NCBI GenBank assembly: GCA_013180605.1
Contig: QBUL01000188.1
Location: 1 to 56,762 of the forward strand
Length of the DNA stretch: 56,762 nt
Source: Candidatus Methanophagaceae archaeon GoMg1
Lineage (GTDB): Archaea > Halobacteriota > Syntropharchaeia > Alkanophagales > Methanospirareceae
Direction of reading: 5' to 3'
Numbering within the stretch: the first letter of the stretch is position 1; each line of letters starts with the position of its first letter. The translations under genes and the position numbers were made by a program. Below the pieces are notes generated by a model that saw only the letters and a list, made by a program, of their open reading frames with translations, was not told where the DNA came from and did no database searches. Of the stretch, positions 1 to 8,185 are shown one piece after another.

Positions 1-66
1 GCCTTCTTTTATTTTTAACATCTTGTTTTAAGTATTTCTTAACCACAGATTACACAGATTACACAT

Positions 67-107
67 CGTGGGCTCTGCCCACGTCCCCGCAAACCCTGAA
101 AGGGTTT
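67..107 (+). repeat. Double-hairpin repeat element, copy C1
   Basis: cgtgggc-tct-gcccacg, then tccccgc, then aaaccct-gaa-agggttt. Near-identical copies at 346-386 and 2975-3017. Confidence 0.7.
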
Positions 108-188
108 ATTTCCCGAGAAAACGGTTTTAAATTTTAATTGGTTTTATAGCTTTTAAATAGGTAGACTATAAGATAAGGGGGAGATAAA

Positions 189-260
189 ATGTTAACGCCA
201 ATTTGCCCCCTTTGCGGGGGAAAAGTAGTAGAAAAAGAAGTGGAGAAGATTGTTAAATAA
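189..260 (+). pseudogene. Truncated YgiT/MqsA-type zinc-ribbon ORF (23 aa)
   Basis: MLTPICPLCGGKVVEKEVEKIVK*, with a GGGGGAG ribosome-binding-like site just upstream. Only the first CxxC knuckle is present, so it looks like the N-terminal stump of an antitoxin-type zinc finger. Confidence 0.3.
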
Positions 261-319
261 GCCAATTGGTCGAACGTATATTTATGAGGGTGTCGTTGCG
301 TGAGGCAGGACAAGAAAAA

Positions 320-485
320 ATAAATTATGGACGCAGATTAACGCTCGTGGGCTCTGCCCACGTCCCCGCAAGCCCAGAAATGGCTTAATTAACACAGATG
401 ATAAGAATCAACAAACACGGTTAAACAAAAATAAATCTGCGTAAATCTGTGTCTTAAATACAAGGAAGTTATACTTTATATACAA
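320..485 (+). promoter_or_regulatory. Intergenic terminator-to-promoter cassette (left module interrupted by element C2; right module with TTAAATA box) upstream of the tldD/pmbA-like gene
   Basis: aaataaattatggacgcagattaacgc [C2] taattaacacagatgataag ... aaataaatctgcgtaaatctgtgtcttaaatacaaggaagttatactttatatacaat. The right module ends 6 nt before ATG 492. Confidence 0.65.
346..386 (+). repeat. Double-hairpin repeat element, copy C2, nested inside the cassette left module
   Basis: cgtgggctctgcccacgtccccgcaagcccagaaatggctt splits a cagattaac repeat that is uninterrupted in other cassette copies. Confidence 0.7.
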
Positions 486-491
486 TAAAAA

Positions 492-1877
492 ATGCTCGAC
501 ATCATGCATAAAGGTCTGAAAAAGGCGTTGGAAAGCTGCGACCAGGCGGAGATTTATGGAGAGTGTGGCGATGTTTTAAGCGTTGACCTTGAGCAAGAAG
601 AAGTAAAAAAGGTGAAGCATGTTAAAAGCACCGGTATTGGAGTACGAGTAGTAAGAGGAAAAAAAATCGGGTTTTCATACACTACCGCTTTGGAAGACGC
701 GAGAATAGAAGAATGCGTGGAGCATGCAATAAAACAGGCGAAGGTATCCGAGCAAGACACGCATTTTCACGGCTTACCGGGGGCAGAAACGTCAAAGCAG
801 GGATACACGAAACCGGAAAGAAGTTTTGACCCGCGCATAACTGGACTGCTTGAGTGTGGAAGCGAGGATGCGATACAATATTGCAAACGGATGCTGAATG
901 GCGCGAAAGAGTATAAATTGAGCAAAAGCGTAACGTGCACGCCAACAGAAGGCAGCTTCGCCGCGGCTCGCGATGAGACATATATCCTGAATTCCGAAGG
1001 TATTGAAACGAGTGATACCGGCACGTACGTCTCTGCGTGGCTAATGGTTGTGGCAAGTGAAGCAGGCGAAGCAAGCGGTAGCGGAGGCGGAGAGGAGATT
1101 TCAGGATACGAGGGCAAGGTAAGCAGAATGCTCACGGGCATAGATTTTGAATGGATAGGCAGGGAAGCGGTGAAAATGGCTGTGGACTGTTTTGGTGCTA
1201 AGAAACTAAAAACGAAGGAGATGCCTGTTGTTTTCTCGCCACGTGCAGTACAAAACCTTCTGGCTTATACCTTGATTCCGCAACTGAGCGCGGAGAACGT
1301 GCAGCGTAAACAATCGCCGTATCACGGTAAAAAAGGGCAGGAAATAGCTTCTGAAATTCTTACTGTTGTGGACGATGGCACGATGCAGGGTGGTGTAAAT
1401 AGCAGAAAAATGGATGGCGAAGGCGTTCCTGCACAACCTACGAAGTTGGTAGAAAATGGGGTGCTAAAAAATTTCCTCTATGATTCGTACACCGCTGGTA
1501 AAGACGGTGTGGAAAGCACAGGTAACGCAATAAGAGGCTTCAGCAATTTGCCAACCCCGGGAGCAACGAATTTTATTATAAACGCAGGAAGCAAAGCTTC
1601 TAAGGAAGAGATGTTCGGCGAAATACGTGAAGGATTGTTTGTAAATGACGTGATAGGTGCGCATACAGCTTCACGTGCATCCGGCGATTTCTCCGTCGTT
1701 GCACAGAATTCTTTTGGCATTAAAAAAGGCGAGTTGTATCCGGTTACGCAGGTGATGCTCGCAGGCAACATGCAAGAGATATTGAAACACATGGAAATGG
1801 TTGGGAACGATGCAAGGCAGATTTACAGTGTCGTTTCTCCTTCTGTTAAGGTGTCGAAGGTGCAGGTTGTTTCTTAA
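492..1877 (+). CDS. TldD/PmbA-family metallopeptidase
   Basis: 461-aa ORF. Its length and C-terminal motifs (GDFS..., G...P, MLAGN...L) are typical of the PmbA/TldD family. An alternative ATG at 504 fits the promoter spacing better. Confidence 0.8.
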   Translation: MLDIMHKGLKKALESCDQAEIYGECGDVLSVDLEQEEVKKVKHVKSTGIGVRVVRGKKIGFSYTTALEDARIEECVEHAIKQAKVSEQDTHFHGLPGAETSKQGYTKPERSFDPRITGLLECGSEDAIQYCKRMLNGAKEYKLSKSVTCTPTEGSFAAARDETYILNSEGIETSDTGTYVSAWLMVVASEAGEASGSGGGEEISGYEGKVSRMLTGIDFEWIGREAVKMAVDCFGAKKLKTKEMPVVFSPRAVQNLLAYTLIPQLSAENVQRKQSPYHGKKGQEIASEILTVVDDGTMQGGVNSRKMDGEGVPAQPTKLVENGVLKNFLYDSYTAGKDGVESTGNAIRGFSNLPTPGATNFIINAGSKASKEEMFGEIREGLFVNDVIGAHTASRASGDFSVVAQNSFGIKKGELYPVTQVMLAGNMQEILKHMEMVGNDARQIYSVVSPSVKVSKVQVVS

Positions 1878-1923
1878 TTTAAGTGCCCACTGACTCACGA
1901 TTAGGTTGGAGCAGTTTCAGATA

Positions 1924-2811
1924 TCAAAATTGCTTACTTACCTTCTTATGAGCAGCCACCACTTTAGCTCTAAAATTCTTGAGGAGCTTCGCCGCTGATC
2001 CCTCTTGTTTTAATAATTTTAATAACCACTTTTCCGTAGGTTCTGGACTATGCTCCCAAGAGTTTAGCTGGTCGTTTATCGCAATAATGTAAGTCAAGTA
2101 CTGTTCAGCTAATTTGAAGAATGACGGGTCTTCATCTACATAGCGATTTGTTATCAACAATTCGGCTGCCGACACTCTAAAACGATAGGTAATGAACGCA
2201 CCTTCCTCAGGGTTTTCCTGGTTATATCGAGCTTGATCAGCAACACCTTTTAGAACACTCAAATTTCCACTGCACTCTGATAGCACCGCGTCTAGCCGGC
2301 GAATTGCCTCATCTCGACGAAAAATCTCAAACAGGGTCCCTCGACCGGAAAGGGAATCCAGCACATGGCTATCAGGCCTATCAGAATGCACAAAACAATC
2401 TTGGATAGCTTCCTTGAAACGTTTACGAAAATCCTCCATCTTCAGGTGATCCTTTGGATAATAGAAGAGAGTGCCTTTTCCACCAATATCGAAAGGAAGC
2501 TGCGTTCCCTCTTCTGCGATCGTAATTGTACCATGCTTAAAACTTTGGCGAACCCCTAGCTCCCAATAAACATTAGGATTATTGTCTGTGAGGTCTGTAA
2601 CTACCACACGAGAAACAACAAGATCAGTAATGATTTCTCTCAAAATATCCCCACGCATCGCCTTTGAGCGGCGGACTTTGAGCTTCGGGTTCTCCTCGAT
2701 AAGGGGCTTCAAGAAACCTTCGAAATGTTTCGTCCAGTAGTTTTCAGTATGTTCATCTGTCGTTTTGCTAAACGGCATGATCACAAAGCAAATTTCTCGA
2801 TTTGTTGACAC
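1924..2811 (-). CDS. Hypothetical protein with an N-terminal TIR-like / nucleoside 2-deoxyribosyltransferase-like domain and an unknown helical C-terminal domain
   Basis: N-terminus ICFVIMPFS ... VVVTDLTDNNPNVYWELGVRQSFKHGTITI matches the FVxMPF ... NxNVxxExG signature of the NDT/TIR-like Rossmann families. The C-terminal ~140 aa were not recognised. Confidence 0.5.
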   Translation of the reverse strand: MSTNREICFVIMPFSKTTDEHTENYWTKHFEGFLKPLIEENPKLKVRRSKAMRGDILREIITDLVVSRVVVTDLTDNNPNVYWELGVRQSFKHGTITIAEEGTQLPFDIGGKGTLFYYPKDHLKMEDFRKRFKEAIQDCFVHSDRPDSHVLDSLSGRGTLFEIFRRDEAIRRLDAVLSECSGNLSVLKGVADQARYNQENPEEGAFITYRFRVSAAELLITNRYVDEDPSFFKLAEQYLTYIIAINDQLNSWEHSPEPTEKWLLKLLKQEGSAAKLLKNFRAKVVAAHKKVSKQF

Positions 2812-2925
2812 TTTAGTCCCCCTTCCTATCTTCTATCACTTATTTATCTATTTGGTTCTTATAAAGGTTTCGGTGCAGACTATTTGCTGTGCAAAAAAAA
2901 ACGTTCTCAAGAAGAAAAGCTTACC

Positions 2926-3100
2926 AAAAACCTTCCTTTAAAAAAGAAAGCTTTACCAACAACTTTTTTACCCATGTGGGGCTCCGCCCCACGACCCCGC
3001 AAGCCCTGTAAGGGCTTAGTAAAAAACTTGACTAAAAACAATCTCTTATTTTTTCTTTTAGCACAGGTTTTCTTTTTTAAAAAAAAAAAGAAAAAGTGTT
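2926..3100 (+). repeat. Two-palindrome A/T-rich repeat element, copy B1 (carries nested C3)
   Basis: aaaaccttcctttaaaaaagaaagctttaccaacaac ... ttttcttttagcacaggttttcttttttaaaaaaaaaaagaaaaagtgtt. Same architecture at 14385-14471, 21390-21482 (reverse), 28538-28586 (half) and 54708-54866 (reverse). Confidence 0.7.
2975..3017 (+). repeat. Double-hairpin repeat element, copy C3, nested in B1
   Basis: gtggggc-tcc-gccccac, then gaccccgc, then aagccct-gta-agggctt. Both stems keep pairing through paired substitutions or insertions relative to C1. Confidence 0.7.
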
Positions 3101-3223
3101 GTGAGAAGCGCCGACTGTGAAGTAATACACACGCTTCTCTACGTTGTTTCTATACTTTTTAGTTTGGTTTGGTTGCGAACTGCGTAGACAGCTTTTTTTT
3201 TGAAGCTTGTTCCTGTGTCTCTA

Positions 3224-3418
3224 CTACGCCGCCTCGGTCATGCTTATCGCACCTTTCTCGCAGGTATCTACGCACGTTTCGCAATCCGTACACTCCTCTG
3301 CGTTGACTACGGCATGTTTGTTGTCCTCTTCACCCTCTAGAGTTATGCACTCTACCGGACACTCCTCTACACAAGCTCCACAGCCATCGCACTTCTCCAA
3401 ATCTATTACTGCTGGCAT
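3224..3418 (-). CDS. 2x[4Fe-4S] ferredoxin
   Basis: 64 aa with CDGCGACVEECP and CTDCETCVDTCE cluster motifs. Confidence 0.9.
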   Translation of the reverse strand: MPAVIDLEKCDGCGACVEECPVECITLEGEEDNKHAVVNAEECTDCETCVDTCEKGAISMTEAA

Positions 3419-3535
3419 TTTTTTTTCTTATCACTCTCCTAATTTATTTTTTTCTCTTCTTTTAGTAACGCTTTCCTTTCTAAGAGAAAGGGGTTTCATC
3501 ATATATAAAAATTGCTGTTTTTTCGTGCAACAAGA

Positions 3536-3606
3536 AAAAAATAAATCTGCGTAAATCAGTGTAAATCTGTGTCTCAAATAGAAGGAAGCTATACTTTATA
3601 TACAAT
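3536..3606 (+). promoter_or_regulatory. Promoter cassette, right module only
   Basis: aaaaataaatctgcgtaaatcagtgtaaatctgtgtctcaaatagaaggaagctatactttatatacaatc. Lies 32 nt before ATG 3638. Confidence 0.6.
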
Positions 3607-3637
3607 CAAAAATAGATAACTAAAAGGTGGCACCGCA

Positions 3638-3847
3638 ATGAGTATTGCAAAGCAGCAGGTTATTAACTTGATTAAGGAACTTCCGGAGAAAATAGATATT
3701 GATGAATTGATGTATCGTCTTTACCTTAGACAAAAGCTCGAGGCTGCTGAGGAAGATGTCCGTGAAGGTCGTCTCATTTCTCATGAGGAAGTTATGTCCG
3801 TAGTACATGGACGGCAGTTACTCGAAGAACAGCCTAACTACCAGTGA
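3638..3847 (+). CDS. Small antitoxin-like protein (addiction-module component type), no adjacent toxin
   Basis: 69 aa. The pattern LIKELPEK..IDELMYRLYLRQKLE.AEEDVREGRLISHEEV resembles small type II antitoxins. AGGTGG ribosome-binding site upstream. Confidence 0.4.
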   Translation: MSIAKQQVINLIKELPEKIDIDELMYRLYLRQKLEAAEEDVREGRLISHEEVMSVVHGRQLLEEQPNYQ

Positions 3848-3850
3848 CAT

Positions 3851-4019
3851 GGCACAGTCTAAAAATCAAGTGATTTATCACCGCCGAGAGCGCCGAGACC
3901 ACAGAGTTTTAAGACTGTTTCAATCGTTGCTTATGTTTTTTTGGTGCCTCTGCGTTCTCCGTGTGCTCTGCGGTGAAATTTAAGGATATAGCAATTTCAC
4001 TGGAAAATTAGATAGTGCC
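3851..4019 (+). mobile_element. MITE-like element, copy 1 (~169 bp)
   Basis: Termini ggcacagtctaaaaat ... aaaattagatagtgcc are inverted repeats. The whole element is the reverse complement of 52967-53125 with scattered mismatches. Confidence 0.65.
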
Positions 4020-4031
4020 GCTGGCATGCTA

Positions 4032-7000
4032 TCAAACAGCCTCTACCCCAAGCCAAACCTCCTTGTCTCCTATTTTCCACTTCTTCTCGTAGATCTGCTC
4101 ACCTTTCACGGAACTGGGTGGCTTCCCCTTCTCAATACCTATCGCAAGCGTCTCCTCAGAGATATAATCCAAGAACGTCTTTATCGCCTCTTTTACCTCT
4201 TCGTCACCCTCGTACAGGATTCTTATCTTCGCCGTATATTCCAGGTCAATGTCCTTCCTCATGCCCTGTACTCTTCTCACGAGGTCTCTGACCAGCCCTT
4301 CCTCTCTTAGTCCTTTGTCCAGGCAAACGTCCAAAAACAACGTTGTTTCTTCATTCACGCCCACCTGTTTATAGTTCTCCGCATCGCTAAACTCGCTCTT
4401 ACGACTCACATCCGCGAATTGCACTTCACGAACGTTCAACTCATCCTGCAATATCGCTGCTAAACCACTCACCTCCTCCATCTTTTCCGTTTCGCACACC
4501 ACTACAACCGCCTTTAACGGTTGTCGTATCTTTATTCCCGCATCTGCTCTCGCTCGTCTGCCCGCTTCGACTAATCGGGCAACTAAATCCATTGAATCCT
4601 CTAATTCCTGTTCTACAAGCGATTCGTCGGGAGAAGGATAATCGCAAAGATGCACACTCTCAAGCGCGTCTTCCGAAATCGTTCTTACGATGTTCTGATA
4701 GATATGTTCAGTAATGAAAGGCACAAAAGGCGCGAGCATTTTGCATAAAGAGACAAGCACCTCATACAGTGTCAAGTATGCACAATCCTTATCAACGTTC
4801 TCCTCGGTGACCCAGAACCGCCGCCTTGACCGCCTTATGTACCAGTTGCTCAGGTCGTCCACCACGAAATCTTCTATTCTCCTCCCCGCAAGATGTATTT
4901 CAAACCGTTCGAGAGCTTCAGTCACGCCTTTTATCGTTGAGTTCAATCTTGACATTATCCATCTGTCTAGCGCGCTTCTTTTATCCACCGGGATCTTCTT
5001 CGCATTCGGATTGAATTTGTCTATGCTTGCGTACGTGATGAAGAAGAAATATGAATTCCAAAGCGTGTTCAATGACTTCTTTTGCCGCTCCGCTATCGCA
5101 GGTTCAGAGAACCGTATGTCTTCCCATGGTGGACCTACGGTGAAGAAATACCATCTCAACGCATCTGCACCTGCACCTTCTTTATTAAATATAGAAGTTA
5201 TGTCAACCACGTTTCCCTTGCTCTTACTCATCTTCACGCCCTTTTCATCCAGTATATGACCCAGTGAGAGCACGTTAAGATATGGCGGGACATCGAAAAT
5301 AGCTGTTGAGACACCGAGCAAAGAATAGAACCAACCACGGGTCTGGTCTATCGCTTCGGTAATAAAAGAAGCGGGGAAATTCTGCTTGAACTTTTCAGTC
5401 TCAAAAGGGTAATGCCACTGAGCAAAAGGAGCAGAGCCCGAATCGTACCAGCAATCTATCACGTCCTTTACCCTTCTCATTTCTCCTCCGCATTTTTCAC
5501 ACCTCAGTAACACGTCATCAATGTATGGCCTGTGCAGGTCAAGGTTTGCGTCTGATTCTTGAGGAAAAGGAAAATTCTTTGCTTTTTCTTTCAGTTCCTC
5601 TATGCTTCCAACACAACACTCCGCCCCGCATGTTTCGCATACCCATATATTCAGTGGCGTGCCCCAGAACCGCTCCCTACTTAGCGCCCAATCCTCAATA
5701 TTCTCCAGGAAGTTCCCGAATCTTCCATATTTTAAGTGCGAGGGATACCAGTTTATTTTTTCGTTGTTTGCAAGCAGGTTATCACGCAGCGATTTCATAC
5801 CGATAAACCACGATTCGCGGGCGTAATACAAAAGAGGCGAACCACAACGCCAGCAGAAGGGATATGAGTGCAAATGCGTGCTCTCTTTGTACAGGATGCC
5901 ACGCTGCTCCAGCATTTCTATTATGCGCTTATCTGCACCCTTTACGAAAACACCTTCCAAATCCGGAAACGGGACCTCACTCGTAAACCGGCCTTTGCTG
6001 TTCACGGGCTGCGAAAAACCAAGTCCTTTCTCCTTGCACACCCCGTAATCATCTTCACCAAATGCAGGTGCAATATGAACGACGCCCGTGCCTTCGTCTA
6101 ACGTGACGAAATCGGCAGTGATTACTCGATGTGATTTCCCCTCTACAGGCACGTCAAAAAGCGGCTCATATTCTTTACCTTCTAGATCTTTACCTCTTAA
6201 TCGCTCAGTTATCTCGTATTCGCCTTCCAGAGCGTCCAACCGTGATTCAGCAAGAATCAAAATCTCTTCGCCGGCCTTTACCTTCACGTAGGTATGTTCA
6301 GGATGAACCGCGAGTGCGATATTGCCGAGTAAAGTCCAGGGAGTTGTAGTCCATGCGAGCATAAAAACGGGCTCTTTTGCTTGGCTCAGCTTGAACTTCA
6401 CGTATATCGAAGGGTCCTCCACCTCCTTATAGCCCTGTGCTACTTCATGACTGCTCAGCGTGGTCTCACACCTAGGGCAGTAGGGCACGACTTTATGCCC
6501 CCGGTAAAGCAAGCCTTTTTTCCATATCTCCTTTAACGACCACCAGACCGATTCTATGTATTCGTTATCAGAGGTTACGTAAGGTGAATCCATATCTATC
6601 CAGAATCCCACTCGTTTCGTGGCATTCACCCATTCTTTTTCATATCGGAAAACCGAGTCCTTGCATTTGCGGTTGAATTTTTCCACCCCATACTCCTCTA
6701 TCTCACGCTTGCTGTTTGTTCCCAGTTCCTTCTCCACTTCTATCTCCACCGGCAGACCATGCGTGTCCCATCCTGCTTTTCTTTCCACATAGAAACCACA
6801 CATCGTTTTATATCGCAGCACGAGGTCTTTCACAACCCTTGTAAGGATATGCCCTGGATGCGGTAGTCCATTCGCAGTTGGTGGACCTTCGACAAAAATG
6901 AACTTCTCACAACCTTCTCTGCGGTCTACACTGTGCTCAAATGTTTTGTTTCTGTCCCACAGCTCCAATATTTCCCCTTCCTGTTGTATGAAATTTGGTC

Positions 7001-7040
7001 TTTGCGCTTCGCTCTTGAAATACGCCATTTCTTCCTTCAC
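4032..7040 (-). CDS. ileS: Isoleucyl-tRNA synthetase (archaeal/eukaryotic type)
   Basis: 1002 aa. PPTANGLPHPGH (HIGH region), KMSKSKGN (KMSKS) and zinc-binding CPRC/CWRC pairs. Confidence 0.95.
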   Translation of the reverse strand: MKEEMAYFKSEAQRPNFIQQEGEILELWDRNKTFEHSVDRREGCEKFIFVEGPPTANGLPHPGHILTRVVKDLVLRYKTMCGFYVERKAGWDTHGLPVEIEVEKELGTNSKREIEEYGVEKFNRKCKDSVFRYEKEWVNATKRVGFWIDMDSPYVTSDNEYIESVWWSLKEIWKKGLLYRGHKVVPYCPRCETTLSSHEVAQGYKEVEDPSIYVKFKLSQAKEPVFMLAWTTTPWTLLGNIALAVHPEHTYVKVKAGEEILILAESRLDALEGEYEITERLRGKDLEGKEYEPLFDVPVEGKSHRVITADFVTLDEGTGVVHIAPAFGEDDYGVCKEKGLGFSQPVNSKGRFTSEVPFPDLEGVFVKGADKRIIEMLEQRGILYKESTHLHSYPFCWRCGSPLLYYARESWFIGMKSLRDNLLANNEKINWYPSHLKYGRFGNFLENIEDWALSRERFWGTPLNIWVCETCGAECCVGSIEELKEKAKNFPFPQESDANLDLHRPYIDDVLLRCEKCGGEMRRVKDVIDCWYDSGSAPFAQWHYPFETEKFKQNFPASFITEAIDQTRGWFYSLLGVSTAIFDVPPYLNVLSLGHILDEKGVKMSKSKGNVVDITSIFNKEGAGADALRWYFFTVGPPWEDIRFSEPAIAERQKKSLNTLWNSYFFFITYASIDKFNPNAKKIPVDKRSALDRWIMSRLNSTIKGVTEALERFEIHLAGRRIEDFVVDDLSNWYIRRSRRRFWVTEENVDKDCAYLTLYEVLVSLCKMLAPFVPFITEHIYQNIVRTISEDALESVHLCDYPSPDESLVEQELEDSMDLVARLVEAGRRARADAGIKIRQPLKAVVVVCETEKMEEVSGLAAILQDELNVREVQFADVSRKSEFSDAENYKQVGVNEETTLFLDVCLDKGLREEGLVRDLVRRVQGMRKDIDLEYTAKIRILYEGDEEVKEAIKTFLDYISEETLAIGIEKGKPPSSVKGEQIYEKKWKIGDKEVWLGVEAV

Positions 7041-7104
7041 CTACTTCTACACTGAACAATATGCTATTTATGTTGGTAGATAAGTTAATTATAAAGTATT
7101 AAAG

Positions 7105-7455
7105 GTGATGAAGATGGAAGTGGAAAGAACAGAATTTTACAGAAGGAGCAAAACCTCACTTTTAGAAATACCCGTAAAGGAACGTATAACCTTCAAAGAT
7201 ATTTGCTGTGAGACGGAGACATTGAAGTTAAAATCACCAATACAGGTGGAAGGAAAGTTATCGAGCGAAGGATGGATTTTTTATTACAAGCCACTGAACA
7301 TACTGGTAAATGCATCCACCTTAGACGAATGTGTAGAAGATTTTCAAGAGGAGTTTTTTGTGCTATACGAAGCATACGCAAAAGAAGCAGACGAGAAATT
7401 AACCGAAGGTGCTAAGAGGTTGAAAAGGATATTGTTAGACATGACGGAGATATAA
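7105..7455 (+). CDS. HicB-like antitoxin candidate
   Basis: 116 aa. EGWIFYYKPLNILVNASTLDECVEDFQEEF resembles the HicB/UPF0150 fold signature. An 8-nt gap separates it from the next ORF. Confidence 0.35.
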   Translation: MMKMEVERTEFYRRSKTSLLEIPVKERITFKDICCETETLKLKSPIQVEGKLSSEGWIFYYKPLNILVNASTLDECVEDFQEEFFVLYEAYAKEADEKLTEGAKRLKRILLDMTEI

Positions 7456-7463
7456 CGCTCAAA

Positions 7464-7751
7464 ATGACGTTTACGATTAAGACCGAGAAAATAAAAGCTG
7501 CTTTAACGAGTAAGGGCTTTGTCAAGGAGGAAAGGTCAAAACACACTTTTTATTTCCTCGTTGTTGATGGCAAGAAAACGGCGATTCACACGAAATTGAG
7601 CCGTGGCAGTAAAGAATATAGTAACAAGTTACTCTCGTTTATGCGTAAACAGTTAGGATTTGGCAAAATGAGAGACCTGAAAGACTTTATCAAATGCCCA
7701 ATTTCCGAGGGCGAGTATGTGAAAATTTTGAACAAAAGAGGTCGGATTTAG
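7464..7751 (+). CDS. HicA-like toxin candidate
   Basis: 95 aa. LTSKGFVKEERSKHTFYFLVVDGKKTAIHTKLSRGSKEYS..LLSFMRKQLG resembles the HicA/YcfA layout (GF...H...h...G.kE....l..i.kql). Confidence 0.35.
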   Translation: MTFTIKTEKIKAALTSKGFVKEERSKHTFYFLVVDGKKTAIHTKLSRGSKEYSNKLLSFMRKQLGFGKMRDLKDFIKCPISEGEYVKILNKRGRI

Positions 7752-7824
7752 TATCGTTTTGTATAAACGAACTTCTCACAACCATCCTTCCGGGCTACGC
7801 TGCGAGCCTTTTGTTACACCCTTT

Positions 7825-8097
7825 TTAGGTTTTCACCGTCTTGAGGATGTTCTTCACTGCTTTCAAACCGTCTTCTGTGATTCTAACCCTGTAAGATGGT
7901 AAACCTGACGCACTTTCTTCTGCAGAGATTTTGCTGATATCAATGAGCCCTATCATGTGGAGGAAGTTACAATTTTTCTTAACCGTGGTGTTATTAGCCC
8001 CAACTGCTTTTGACAGTAGATAGAAAGAATAAACTTTTCCATCGCTTAACTGCTTCAAAACCCTCGTTTTTAACTCATCATTAATGTTCAGTTCCAT
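7825..8097 (-). CDS. Small winged-helix DNA-binding protein
   Basis: 90 aa. The pattern LKQLSDGKVYSFYLLSKAVGANNTTVKKNCNFLHMIGLIDI is typical of wHTH regulators. Confidence 0.5.
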   Translation of the reverse strand: MELNINDELKTRVLKQLSDGKVYSFYLLSKAVGANNTTVKKNCNFLHMIGLIDISKISAEESASGLPSYRVRITEDGLKAVKNILKTVKT

Positions 8098-8185
8098 TTT
8101 GTTTTGGAATTGAACCAGCCTATTTATATACAGTAGCTACAAATCTAAAGTAGGTCTAACGTAAGTATGTTAGTCCTACCGCCTC

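Noticed and set aside
2884-3120. 78-aa ORF (MLCKKKRSQEEKLTKNLPLKKK...) between the NDT-like gene and the ferredoxin gene.
   Set aside because: It is composed entirely of B and C repeat elements. Its Lys/Phe-rich low-complexity translation is a by-product of A/T palindromes. The same applies to ORF 21290-21550 over element B3.
3207-3554. 115-aa plus-strand ORF overlapping the ferredoxin gene.
   Set aside because: It is antisense to a textbook 2x[4Fe-4S] ferredoxin and has no motifs. The many other antisense ORFs inside ileS, hisS, the surface-protein genes, feoB and others were rejected for the same reason.
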